Assembly (NCBI RefSeq): GCF_036321535.1
Contig: NC_087437.1
Location: forward strand, 103,356,001-103,420,000
Direction: 5' to 3'
From: Camelus dromedarius
Lineage: Eukaryota
Length of the DNA stretch: 64,000 bases
Part shown: piece by piece, positions 1-12,509 of the stretch
How positions within the stretch are numbered: position 1 is the first letter of the stretch
How the letters are laid out: every line of letters starts with the position of its first letter
The notes under the pieces: model-generated
What the model was told of the DNA's origin: nothing
The model's database searches: none
What the model saw: the letters and a program-made list of their open reading frames with translations, nothing else
Made by a program: the position numbers and the translations under genes

Positions 1-2589
1 AGGACATCTCTCTCTTATAAATGCTTTCTTTAAAAGGCAAAGACCCTTCACTAGCTCAATTACGGTAGTCTCTAATAAATACGGTAAAATATAGTTTAAA
101 ATATATTATTATTGTATGTTTTAAAATTCTTTTCTTTCAGAGAGGATAAATGCTTCCTGTTCTATTTGCTCACATTTTTATTCAAGAATTTTAACTGTGA
201 GTGTACATCAACAGGCAATTTCCCAAAGACACCACTAAAATCACCGCAAGTTTATTGCTTACTGCAGTGAGAAATACTACTACATTGCTGAGTTGTGATA
301 GCACATGGGAGGAGAGTTCAAAGGCAGAATATTTATTCGAGTTTTGGATTGGTTTAAGGTGGATTTTACAAAGTGGAATCATAATCAGGATCTGTGAAAA
401 AATAGTTTAGTTACAGTGCTCAGAGTGAGTTGAGAGTTTTGAAATGAATTTTAAAGAGTACAGTAATCAATTGCTCTTAGAAGAGCTCTATTTCCCTGAC
501 AACTGCAGTAGGCTAGTGTTTGGATAGAAAGATACTGGGCAAGTTTCTAAAATAAACAATGTTATCTGCAACTTCATCTTTCTGGGTGGGAAATTTTTGG
601 GAATAGTAAAATTAATTTGACATAGGTTTTCATTAGTCAATATAATTTAATGTAAACAGTGAGTTTTTGGCTAGAGATGGGTTTAGTTTGAACCTGCTAT
701 CTTAGTATTTTCCTTAAGGAGCCCAACTGTCTATAAGTATAGAAGACCAGACTTGTGATGAGGTCAAAGTCACATACAGGATGTACAGGGCAAATGTTTG
801 CTAGGACCTATCTAGATGAACAATTTGACTATAAAATCTATTACAAAATGCATGACTAATGTGAGTTACAGTGATTTATCAATGAAGATTTAAAATAATA
901 AATAGAGAAGAGGCACTGACATATTTATTTCTTATTCAATCAATGGCTGTGATGATTTTTTCCAGTGTCCAGGCAATGTCTTTTCCTATTCTGGTACAGG
1001 GACCAACTGTGTATATGTTTGTGTGTGTGCATGTGTTATTGACAAACATGTAGTTGTTGGCTAATTTCATATCATCCGTATTGCAAAAGGACATGGATCT
1101 TGAGAATTTAATGTGTTTGCATTAAAACTGTATAGATCGTCTTTCCTCACAGTTCCTTGACACCATTTGCTTAATGCTGGCTACATCACTACTCACGGAG
1201 CAGTATTTCCCATTGGGTCACCTGTGAGTGTTGGCTTCTAATGACTCAGTTAGTGGTTATTACTATGCTTCCTTGATGATGATGAATAATGCAAGATTAC
1301 TCACTGTAAGAAAGAGGATGTACAAGGTAATTTGTTCTCCACCCTAGGTTTTCTGGGATGAAGCATGGTAATGAATGTGGTTATTTGGATACTTCTGTTA
1401 TAGACCTTCGGAAGCTCAGTCTGAATAGGAAATTTCTTCACCTTCATTGTCCTCGGGATATATTTTTCTTTTATTCTATGCCCCACAGATTTTGTAGACA
1501 GACTCAATAAAAGTTAGATCATATTAATTATCTGATTCTTTTTTTTTCCCTATATATTATGCTCTTACGCGTTCCTTTAAATTAGGTATTATATTTGGGT
1601 AGAAACTGAACTAGTACTGTTTTCCTGTTTAAGAGTGGGAAGAGATCTCTCTTGAACTTTTAATCTATTATCTTAATAAGTCTACAAGGCTAGAGATTAT
1701 GAGATTTCTTTCTTTCTTCTCTCCCTTCCTTCTTTTTTTCTTTCTTCTTACATCATTAATGTTATAATAACATGTGTCTACAAGACAAAGAACATTAAGT
1801 GAAGATGGCAACACAATATCATTTGTCAAAAGAATATAGTGTTCAGAAAAAAATATTTAAAATTGGCAATAAGGCAAGCTTGACTATTCACTATCATGTC
1901 CTTTTAGTGTCAGACTAGGGTATTTTTTAATAGGTTCCATATAGGGATGGTGATAAGAAATAATTCTAATTAGGACAATAAAATCCACAAAATGAGAGAT
2001 GAAAACTGTGAAGGTACCAGAAGTGAATTATGTTGCTAAAACTATTTATTTTCTTGCTTGATTTTGGTTACAAAATTTTTTAAAAAAGAGTAGCTAATTT
2101 GAGTTCAAATTTCATTTTAGGAAGAGCCATATGCCATTCAGTCATAAGAGGAATCTCAATGATCTAGAGATGGTATCTCAAAGAGAGTGATCTCTTAGAA
2201 ACACAATTGTTTCAACATTATGTTCATTTGTATCTCTCTATATATGTGTATATATATATTATTTGCAGTACAAGATAATTTTTCATAACATTTTAGCACA
2301 AATTTTGCAAGAAAATAAGTTATTTTTTAAAATTACTTTCAATGTATTTTTTTATCACACTGGTAAATGTCTCTAATTTCCTATTTCACATGGTTTCCAT
2401 GTGCTAGCATAGGATGACGATGGTAGGAAGAGATTAAAAATGCCTACAATCCTAGAAACTGGAATAACTGGGGTGTTCAGGGGAAAGGACAATCACAAAG
2501 GTTTGATGGCAATGGCAGAACTGCTGACATTGTAGGGAAATTGGGAAGAAAAACAAAAATTAAGAATGTATTTTTGAGACATTAGCAGG

Positions 2590-2845
2590 GGATCAATAAG
2601 GAGACATCTGGCAGAGTGGGATACATGCGATTAAAAACAAAACAAAACAAAACGAAACTGATGAGAAGACAGAGCTGAGGTCCAGATTTGTACATTATAA
2701 GTTTAAAGGTAGTTGTTGATGTCGGGGGTTGATGTGGGTTGTTGATGTTGAGGTAGGGAGTGGGGTGCCTGAGGGAATGAATATATATAGGCATGGAAAA
2801 ATGAGCTAAGGGTTAATCCCAGGATGCTCAACACAGGGAGGTAAA
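2590..2845 (-). mobile_element. Degenerate L2 LINE fragment
   Basis: Purine-rich stretch with L2-like motifs (gagctgaggtccagatttg...ggtagttgttgatg...agctaagggttaatcccaggatgctcaaca); recalled consensus similarity only. Confidence 0.45.
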
Positions 2846-2939
2846 AATGGAAAGAGAAATTAAGTGTCTATGTATCCTTCAAGGCACTCACAGTTACTAA
2901 GCCTGGTCCTCACATTGTGTACGAGGAGACTGTAAGTTA

Positions 2940-3070
2940 AAGAACCTGGGATATGGAGCCAGAGATTGTGCATTAAATCCTTATTTCAATCTTATCAGCT
3001 GCTTCTTTTTTGAGCACTATTTAATAACTCTTCTTTGACTTGAGTTCCCTTATTTGTAAAGTGAAAATAT
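2940..3070 (+). mobile_element. MIR SINE fragment
   Basis: ggagccagag...ttaaatcc...gagttcccttatttgtaaagtg resembles the MIR core (cagtttcctcatctgtaaaatg). Confidence 0.55.
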
Positions 3071-3176
3071 TTTTCTTTCTTTATGAACAGTAAGTTAAAA
3101 ATTAGGGTTGTATTTTTAAGCACTTAATTCAGAGATATACAAATACAGGTTTTATGGGGTAATTTGACAAAAAATT

Positions 3177-3212
3177 ACGTTTTCCACTTATCTTACATTT
3201 TCCACTTATCTT
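3177..3212. repeat. 18-bp tandem duplication (acRttttccacttatctt x2)
   Basis: acgttttccacttatctt followed directly by acattttccacttatctt, 17/18 identical. Confidence 0.9.
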
Positions 3213-4699
3213 GGAACTTTTAACACAGTGTAGATAAGCTGAGGTGGGTCACTAGTGAACTCCGTGCCTTTCCCAGTTACTTTAATAGACAAAGCTAGGA
3301 GCTGAAACAGTGAAGACAATTGTCAATGTTCATATATTCCTTGGAGGAGGCATCATAAAGTTCCTATAAAAAGGAATTTGGCCACCTCCCACACATCTGG
3401 AAATAACGTCTGAGAAAAGAGGCGATGATTCATTTGAAGATACAGAATGGGACATTAGGTTGACTGATACACAGTTTTCAGCCTTAAAATAATAGTCCAT
3501 CAGTTCAAAAATCAAATCTCCATATCTAAAAAGTAAATTAACATTTTTTGAAGGGATCTCTAAACATCCTGAGTTTGGAAAAAAAATAATCTCTCTATTC
3601 CTTTTATATGTAGGGCTTCCAGATAATGAAATGCAATACCCTTAAAAAAGGAAATTCAGATTAAAGTCTCATCTCTTATAAACTAAATCTTTTATTCCAA
3701 AATGAAAGTTGCAGTTTTCAATGAAATGTGATTTCTTCAATATTTAAAATCCAATATCTTCAAGAGGTGAATAAAAAGGAGCTTAATTGCTAGAAGGGCA
3801 ATATATGAGAGGCAATGGGGAGAAATAATATATTTGACTCCTGCATTTTCCCCCAATTTCCATGGATCTCTTTTGTTATGATTATCTTTAAGCCTTGAGG
3901 TATTTTTTTTCCTTGTGTATCATAAAATCTTTAATAATTTACTGGTGCATATAAAAAAGAACTGAATTATGTTCAGCTCTGAATTAGCCATAGCAATGGA
4001 AAAAATAGTCACATATAATTTAAAAATTATAATATGGAAGGAATCAAATTTTTGCCATAAATTTCCAATGTAGAGACCCTACACAACATCCAATTGCCTA
4101 GCCTATGTATACACTTTCAGCTAATCATTGCTTTGATTTTGTACTTGACTCCTAATTGCCTTTAACCCATCTCCTTTACTTGGATTCCCCCAAATCAGGT
4201 CATTGTAAAAGCAGCTTTCCTCAAAAGCAATATAAGCTCAGGGAAGCTCAGGGCATTTTCCAAAACATAATCCATCCATCATTATCATCTGTGCCATCTT
4301 TGGGTCCATGTTCAAACATGCCAGTGTTTTGTGAAGATGGCTTACTGAATGAAATATGTATCTCTGCAGCTGGAAGGTATAACACGCATTAGAGATCAGA
4401 GTTAACTGTACTAAAGAAAAGTTGCATTTTGTATGCCCTCAATTTCCCTTTCAGAATGTTTTCCTCTCCCACTTTAAATGCCCTTTGCTCAGTATGTTCT
4501 CATCACAAGCATGCAACACTCCAGGCAGTAGGTGAGTTTTCCCTTTATTTTGAACAATAAAAGTCCTTGTTCACATTCTTGAGTAATAAAATATAAATAA
4601 AAGAGTAGAAAGTTGAGAGAGAATTGATTCCCTAGGTGTTTACTTTAAAAATGTGTAGTCTAGTTGGTAAGGTATTTGATTTTTTAAACCTATATATAT

Positions 4700-4900
4700 A
4701 TATATATACCTATATATAAATAAACAGCAAGATCCTACTATATGGCACAGGGAACTATACTTAATACCTTGTAATGGTCTATAATGAAAAAGAATATGAA
4801 AAGGAATATGTATATATGTATAACTGAATCACTATGCTATACACCAGAAATTAACACAACATTGTAAAATAACTATACTTCAATAAAAAATTTTAAAATA
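4700..4900 (+). mobile_element. 5'-truncated artiodactyl-type L1 3' end with candidate TSD
   Basis: gcacagggaactata...tacaccagaaattaacacaacattgtaaaataactatacttcaataaaaaa. Flanked by aaacctatatatat (4686-4699) and aaacttacatatat (4900-4913), preceded by TTTT/AAA. Confidence 0.9.
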
Positions 4901-5166
4901 AACTTACATATATTGCATATATGCAAAAGATTAATCCACTTCTGACCATAATGAGTTATTACAGGAATTCTATGTGTTTTTTTGCTTTTTGTTTTTTGTT
5001 TTTAGTATTAATTTCGGTTAAAGCAAACACACTTAAAATTCCAAGATGTGTTTTCAAGGTGACGTGGAAATTGTTTCCAGGCATTTTGGGCATGTAAACT
5101 TTCATTGCAAAGGGTAAATATGAACACCTGACAAAATTCTCTGATTGGAGCAAATCACACACTTAC

Positions 5167-5193
5167 CTCAGCCATCAACATCTTTTCTCTTTT
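5167..5193 (-). other. Candidate 27-nt micro-exon (phase 0 reading KREKMLMAE) of an unidentified minus-strand gene
   Basis: Minus strand reads ttttaaattcttcccatttgtcttctctcttaaatttag|AAAAGAGAAAAGATGTTGATGGCTGAG|gtaagt: long pyrimidine tract, consensus donor, length a multiple of 3, only one open frame, non-repetitive context. Confidence 0.45.
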
Positions 5194-5999
5194 CTAAATT
5201 TAAGAGAGAAGACAAATGGGAAGAATTTAAAACTAGTTCTTTGGTAATTAGCCATGACTGGAGCAATTCAAAATCACAACTTAATGGCAATTCTAAATTG
5301 GTTTATATTACTTAAAGGAAAATGTCCTCATTTGGAGCTCTCATCCATTCAATGAGATATATTAATAAATACTATTTTAAAAAGCAGATCTTAATTTTAA
5401 GATTCTTATGGAAGATAGCGTCATCTTGCTGAAGTTAGTATTTACTGCCTGCTGGGAAAGGTTATTCTCAGACTCAGAGGAAATTAGAGGTTTTTAGAAA
5501 CCATGCTCCAATTTCCAAAATGAAGCAAACACAATGGGCATTTTTTCCCCACCTCCAAGTGACAACCAACCCTAACGTATCTTTGTCCCCCTTCTCTGAA
5601 AGATTGTTCTGAATTCAAATATACATCACAATAAATATCCTACAATACATAAGAAAATGTGTAGCCTTCCCTTCATAAGGAGACAAAGTTTATATCTTTT
5701 CGGATACCTATGAAGTCCTTATTTACAATACAAGAAAGTTTACAATAAGCAGTTCAAAATATGAAAGATAGTCTCTTACTCCTTCATTTTACACAGAATG
5801 TTAAGGATTTTTCTTAAAATACATCTGAATTTTTAAAATCATATATTTTATGTCTATATATTATAATGAAGTGATTTACAGTATGGTTCACTTTAAGACA
5901 GATGAAGAATACAAAAATATATGCTTATAATAAACAAATTATGAAAGAATATTCTATGAAGTAAAAATAAAGGTTATATATAATGGAAGAAATAAGATA

Positions 6000-8260
6000 G
6001 AGGGGACTACCTTGTCTTAAAAACTAGGCTTCTTTAAACAGTCCTTGTTTTGTAAATTTTACTTTAGAGTCATGTAAATATTTCATACACTTATTAAACA
6101 AAATTACACTAAAATATCCAAAATTATATAATCAAAAGTAAAATTTTAAAAATGCATATAATATGCACAGAGTTGGTCATATCCACACAGGCAATATTGT
6201 GCCGAATGAATTTAAAACACAGTAATTTGACTATAAATTTATAGTGGGATAAAAATAAGTATTACAGAAGTATTAATTTAAAAATTATATTGTTTTAAGT
6301 AGTGTGATATTTTAATTTTGGAGGTGACTATATTTTTTTGTAAGGTATAAAAATTGAATTATTATATAACATTTTAATTTTCTCATTCCCAATGTCCTAG
6401 AGAAAAAAGCTTCTAAGCATGCTAAGGGAGATACAAATAAAAGATAAAACAGGCTAAGTAAAAATCCTATAATCTGCATTTTAAATTAAAAATATTATTA
6501 TAAACTCATTATGTGCTTCATTTTGAAAACCAGCAGACAAAGCTTTTCTAGCACTTTCTACTAAAAAGACCCCAAAACAATGGGCTATTCCTTAGCAATA
6601 GCATCTCTAGTGTCCAGATAGGCCTTCCACAAAAAAGGAGCCAAGAGATGGAGAAATGTCACATTCTAGCTCTGGACAAGGTAATACACAAGCTGAGTCT
6701 GTAATCTCCTAAAATCAGATGGCAGGGAAGCTCTGGAGAGGATTAGGATCATGTCAAAATGACATGGGAACCTATTAGAAAGAGCTTTCAATAGCTGAAG
6801 ATGGCATATGCTTGACATCACAAAAAATAAATCCATCAAATACATTTATACCCATACTAACCATAAATTACCCAGTTAACTCAATACCTAATTAATCATA
6901 AATTAATTATATTTTTTAAACGTTCATTTTTGAAGCTCGAGGAAAAACTATGTTGAGATCTAATAAAGTCAAAGGAAAGAAGTATTTAAGTCTTTTTTTT
7001 AGGAATTATATGTGCTACTGGGTAATCAAGTAGGGAATGACGGGGAATTTCTTTTCATAGAAATTTTCCAGGTAATACATGAAAAATGAACCATCGGATT
7101 AGAATACTTTTTTTTTTATGGGACCTGGAGACTGTCATTCTAAGTGAAGCAAACCAGAAAGAGAAAGAAAAATACCATATATCACTTATATGTGAAATCT
7201 GGAAAAAAAAAAAAAACAAATAAACTTATTTACAAAACAGAAACAGACTCACAGACATAGAAAACAAACTTATGGTTACCAGGATTGGAAGGGAGCGGGA
7301 AGGGATAAATTGGGAGTTCAAAATTTGCAGATACTAACAAATATATATAAAATAGATGAACAACAAATTCATACTGTATAGCCCAGGGAACTATGCTCAG
7401 TATCATGTGGTAACTTATGGCGAAAAAGAATATAAAAGTAAATATATGTATATTTATGTATGACTGAAGCATTGTACTGTACACCAGAAATTGACACAAC
7501 ACTGTAAACTGACTATACTTCAATAAAACTATTTTAAAAAATAATTTTTTGCAATTCTTAATTATGCAATGGATCTATGCATTAATCACAAATAGCTGCT
7601 GGTATCATAAAAAGAAAACAATCAGACTATATGTGTTGCCTTACAGAAACTGTGTCTTCTGTTGAAAAGACAGAACAGCATACAGATAAGCTATAAAATA
7701 ATCTTATCCATAAAAATCAAACCTGAATCTAGATTCATCTACCAATATACAGGAAAAACAATCACCAGAGAAAACAGTTTCATAATTCTACAGCAGTACT
7801 ATTAGCAAAATCTGGAATGCAGGAAATGTTATAGGAAGAAAAATTATAAAAAATAAAATAAATCCAAAGGAAAATAACAAAAATAAAAAGTTTATTCTAT
7901 GAGTGAATGAAAAGGGGTGAGAGGGGAAAGAGAGGAGAGACAAAGAGAGAGAATGAATGACAGTCTGTAAAGGAAAAGAAACTAAAAAAATACTAATTTA
8001 AATATCCTTTAAAGCATTGTTAAAAAATTGTGACACGTATGAAATATTTGGAATTAGAACCCTGACACTCAAGATTGGATCATATTAAAGTATTAACACA
8101 GATTTTAGGTGTATTAATGATATTATGGTTATATTTTTAAATGCTTACTTTTTAGAGATACATGCTTAGTGGTATGAATGAAATGTTTTGATGTATCTAA
8201 TTTGTTTTATAATAAAAGTAGAGGGTGGGAGTGGGTGGAGATAAGTAAGCAAAATGAATG
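6000..8260 (+). mobile_element. Old L1 (L1MC4-like) 3' region, interrupted by a younger L1 at 7119-7540
   Basis: tagcaatagcatctctagtgtccagat...ggagaaatgtcacattctagctctggacaagg...; later 'aggtgtattaatgatattatggttatattt...ttttagagatacatgct', typical of the L1MC 3'UTR. Confidence 0.7.
7119..7540 (+). mobile_element. Younger camelid/artiodactyl-type L1 3' end (end of ORF2 plus 3'UTR)
   Basis: ggacctggagactgtcattctaagtgaag...aaacagactcacagacatagaaaacaaacttatggttacc...tacaccagaaattgacacaacactgtaaactgactatacttcaataaaa. Confidence 0.95.
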
Positions 8261-8374
8261 GAGCACAGGCAACTCTAGAAAGGAGAAGCAGTGTCCTTAA
8301 ATTGCTTCAAATAAATGCATACAAAGTTGCTTAACAATAAAACTAACTGCTCAAGTATCCACTCACGGTATCTA

Positions 8375-8641
8375 CTCGTCATCTGTGAACACTGAGCACT
8401 TGAAATGTGGCTAAATCAAATTGAGATGTAAATACACAGTAAGTCTCATATTTAGTATAATCTGTAAAATATCTCATTTTAAATTTTATTGAATACATAT
8501 TGAAATAATATTTTGAATAGATTTTATGCCAAATATCATATTGAATAATTTTTCCCTGTTTTTTATTTTTTTTTAATATGGCTACTAGAAAATTTAAAGT
8601 TACATACATCACTTGCATGATGTTTGTACTGTACGGTGCTG
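8375..8641. mobile_element. MER33/MER3-like hAT-Charlie MITE
   Basis: gagcacttgaaatgtggcta...atggctactagaaaatttaaagttacatac; homologous to the copy at 52511-52855. Confidence 0.8.
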
Positions 8642-9529
8642 TTTGAGATAATACAGAAAGTCAAGCTAAATGATACTACTAAGGGCCCTTTAAAAATCGG
8701 CTCTAGTGTAAAAATATAGTTGATTTTAAATATGCAGATGATTAAAACTAGTTAAGGTATCTAAGCTATCAAGAAAATCAACGATAACAAACAACAAATT
8801 ACTTATTCAGCTAGCAGGATGTGCAACAGAGAAATGAAAATAATAAATGAATTCAAAAGTTCAAAATAGAATACTCTCTGAGCATAATTTCCTGAATGCT
8901 GTCATTTAACTGATTAGGTGCAGAACAATACAAAATAGTTTTGTTAACTGTTATTTACAGAATGATTGATGGTTATTACGCATAATCAAAATTTTAACTG
9001 GGGAAGTTTTACTGTATTTTAGAGTATCACTGTGACAATCATAATATCCTAAGGCTAAAAGATTATGTTTAAATATTTCATGTTGAAATCACTTTGAAAA
9101 ATTCATTTCATGTTTAACATTTTCTCCTAAGTTTTACCTGACAGAAGTACTGCATGCACCATTTAAGATGAAATTTTGTTAATCAGCAAATTTTATTCTC
9201 ATAAAACAAAATGCAAAGCTAATTTGGATAAAAATAAAGCAACACATACGGGTTTAAAAAGAAAAATGCTTCAATTATATCCATTTATTTTATTGTGCAA
9301 AGAAAGGAACTTTTAAGTTATTACTACCAGTAATTAATGTAGATGAAAGAAAATCTTTGAATTGACTAAGACTGAGTATCACATATTTAATCATCTATCA
9401 TTTATTTCATGTTATCAACCTACATTAAAATTAATTTTAAGTCTTTCCTCTCAAAAACAAAAACATTCATCTTCCTTCTTTGTTACTCCTTCTCCCCTTC
9501 TATTTCTCTGGGCATGGAGGTGCATTAAC

Positions 9530-9630
9530 TGAGCCTGAATCCCAATTCTAATACTTACCTGCGCTATGCAAGTTCTCTGACCCTCTGGGCCCAGGTTCTG
9601 AGCAGCTGTAAAACACTGGGACCGTATTAT
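9530..9630 (+). mobile_element. MIR fragment
   Basis: ctgaatcccaattctaatacttac...ctctgggcccaggttctgagcagctgtaaaa follows the MIR core. Confidence 0.55.
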
Positions 9631-10520
9631 CTATTGTGGTTTGTTGGGAATATGAATTTGAAAGATTGTTTTACCAGTGTGATATTCCATACAAAACTGT
9701 GGTGTTTTAGACAGTGCTAGCCTGTAACCAACTTTCGGACTATAAGACTTTGACCTTTCCCAAAGTGTCAGGAGCTTTAACTCTGGTGGGGGGCAAAGGT
9801 CACCAATAAAAAGTCTGATGTACAACAAGTCTGCAGTGTGAAATGTGTTTACTCAACAAAGTGGAGACAAGTTTGTGTGAAGAACAGAAGGCAGCAGAAT
9901 CTCCAAACAGCTCTTTTATATTAGGTGATGGTGAAACCATTTTAAGTAGCAAGAGGAAAATTCTTTAGGAATCAGAATGACAGCTTCCATCAGCCTTGCT
10001 CTCTGTCTGGGATTAAAGAATGGAGAACAATTAAAGGTGGCAGGTGAGACTGTTACTCAAATGTCAGAGGCTGAGAACCTCTATCTGAGCAATGCCTCAG
10101 ACCTGTGGGAGTTTATTATTCAAATAGGAGCTCAACCACACTCAATGGACAACAACCAGAGTCTTAATGAAAAACACTGGCCAGTGTGGTGCTAACATTA
10201 AACACAAAGGTAACCAATATCAGTGTGTATACCCATCTATTTGTCTAAAACTTTTCAAAGCTAGTTTACCAAGACAGAAAGGAATGAACTATCTGGCACC
10301 CCTGGTTTTACTATAACACAGATCACAGATCGTGTAGACCTCATGTTTTCCATCCATGAATGAAAGTCATAGTTTATAGGATGGACAGTAGTACTGAAAT
10401 CACAAAGAAATGATGAATGGGGTCCTCGTTTTATGGGAAAAATGTTACACAATAACATATGACCAAATAGGGCATTTGCAAATGAAGAGAGTATCAATGC
10501 AGACTTGCCTAATCCCTTAT

Positions 10521-10590
10521 TATGTAACTAACATGTAAGTAAGTAGTATGTAACTAACATGTAAGTAAGTAGTATGTAAGTAACATGTAA
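10521..10590. repeat. 26-bp tandem repeat x2.7 (tatgtaactaacatgtaagtaagtag)
   Basis: Two exact copies (10521-10546, 10547-10572) plus a partial third. Confidence 0.95.
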
Positions 10591-11310
10591 AATGTAACTA
10601 AATCTGAATATCTATGGGGACTGTGTTATAAAATGGAAGGGGATAAATTCTAGTGACTAAACTATCTCAGAAGACAAATTGCTTCCCTTCCATTTTATTT
10701 TCTTGAACATGGCTGCACTACTTAATAGAATGGTGATGAATTATGCATAAGCTGCATGACTGAATACAAAAAGTGGCGTCACACATTTTTGTCCAGTGGA
10801 TAGTAGCCTATTGTTCTACATACTTCTTTGAATGACTGTGTTAAAATTTCTTCATCAAGTATCTCCCCTGTGCATTGCTGAAGAACCCAGGGAACAAATT
10901 GATGGCCAATTCGATTTTATTTCATTTTTTAAAGTTAATGCAAAATGATTACTGTTGTGTAATTCTTGTATTTTTTTTAGGAAAATCCCTTTCCTAAGGA
11001 TAAATAAAACTAGAAAGGACATTTCAACTTCATTTATATCAGCTTCTCACATCCTTCACCTTTGGCACAATCACTATAAAGGAGTGTCATTCTACTTTAT
11101 TTTCCATTGGCATAAAAAAGGACTGGCAGGTCCTCTCTGGCAACCAGCAAATCAGAAAACAGGGAAAATCAGTTATTAAAATTTAATTTTTTTTCTTCTT
11201 GGCTCACAGTTCAGAAGTGTGGTGAAAATATAGGTGTGACACATGTGTGCCATATAATTGTAAAGTCACTTGTTTAAGACCATCAATAATTTCCTGTACT
11301 CAAGACTGCT

Positions 11311-11321
11311 GAAAGAAAGAA

Positions 11322-11413
<92 letters not shown>

Positions 11414-11457
11414 AGGAAGGAAGGAAGGAAGGAAGGAAGGAAGGAAGGAAGGAAGGA

Positions 11458-11529
<72 letters not shown>

Positions 11530-11670
11530 AGGAAAGAAGGAAAGAAAGAAAGAAGGAAAGAAGGAAAGAAAGAAAGAAGGAAAGAAGGAAAGAAAGAAAG
11601 AAGGAAAGAAAGGGAGAGAGGGAGGAAGAAAGAAAGAGAACAAAGGAAAAAAGAAAGAAAAAGGAAAGCA
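11311..11670. repeat. Compound (GAAA)n/(GGAA)n microsatellite, polypurine tract
   Basis: Directly visible; no pyrimidine on the + strand from 11311 to 11640. Confidence 0.99.
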
Positions 11671-12509
11671 AATCTAGAGGAACTCAATTTCTTGTCCTAG
11701 ATTGTTTTCCTAACTTCTGATAAAAATCTTCAGATATAATTCTAAGTAACACAATACAAGACGTGTTTCTTAAAAAAAAAATAAAACAACATTTAAAAAA
11801 AGAAATTCATTTAGAGGAAAAACTGTTGCTTAGGAGGACCAGCCTGCAATTTCAAGATTCAATACAATTTTCTAGATTTTAAATTATAAGCATCAACCTG
11901 AGGAGGAACAAATAGAAGCTCAAATCAGACCACTGAAAAGCACATATCCTCCCAAGAATAATGATCTATAATTAAAGCCAATCATTTGAGAAAGATTATG
12001 AACTATATACAGCAGCCCAAAGGAAAAGTATAGTGATTTCCACCCACCATTTTCATGAGGAGAAACCATGATTAGATTCTATGAAAGAGCATATTTTGGG
12101 GGCGATGGGAGGATGATGATGGTGATGATGATGGAGACACAAGACTCTAGAACAGTTTGAGGAAAAATGCTAAAAGCCATCAAAGACAATGAAATATCAA
12201 TTTTAGGCTGTAATAATAACTTAAATAATTTTTATTATGATACTCTACTCTCTTGACTGATTTTCATTTCCTTGTAACTGTCCTGGCTCCATGTGAACCT
12301 TAGATCAACCACAAGATTTTTCCTTCATGTTCAGTTCTCATACTTCACTCATGACTCCTGCTGGATGGAGTTACTCAACTGAACTTATTGTGTACCAAGA
12401 TGAATTAAGTCAAACACTTTATTTAGGCATTCAACCCTGCTCCGTACAGCCTACCACATTTCTCTGCTTAGCTCACTTTAGCACCTGCCAAAACAACAGT
12501 CTACACTTC

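Noticed and set aside
9545..9565. Strong minus-strand donor CAG|gtaagt
   Set aside because: It falls in a MIR core where this motif is common, and no matching acceptor was found.
10521..10590. CRISPR-like direct repeats
   Set aside because: The copies are directly adjacent with no spacers, there are no cas genes, and the DNA is mammalian.
11266..11687. Four 123-135 aa ORFs (KKER/FLSF repeats)
   Set aside because: They are translations of the GAAA/GGAA microsatellite, which lacks stop codons.
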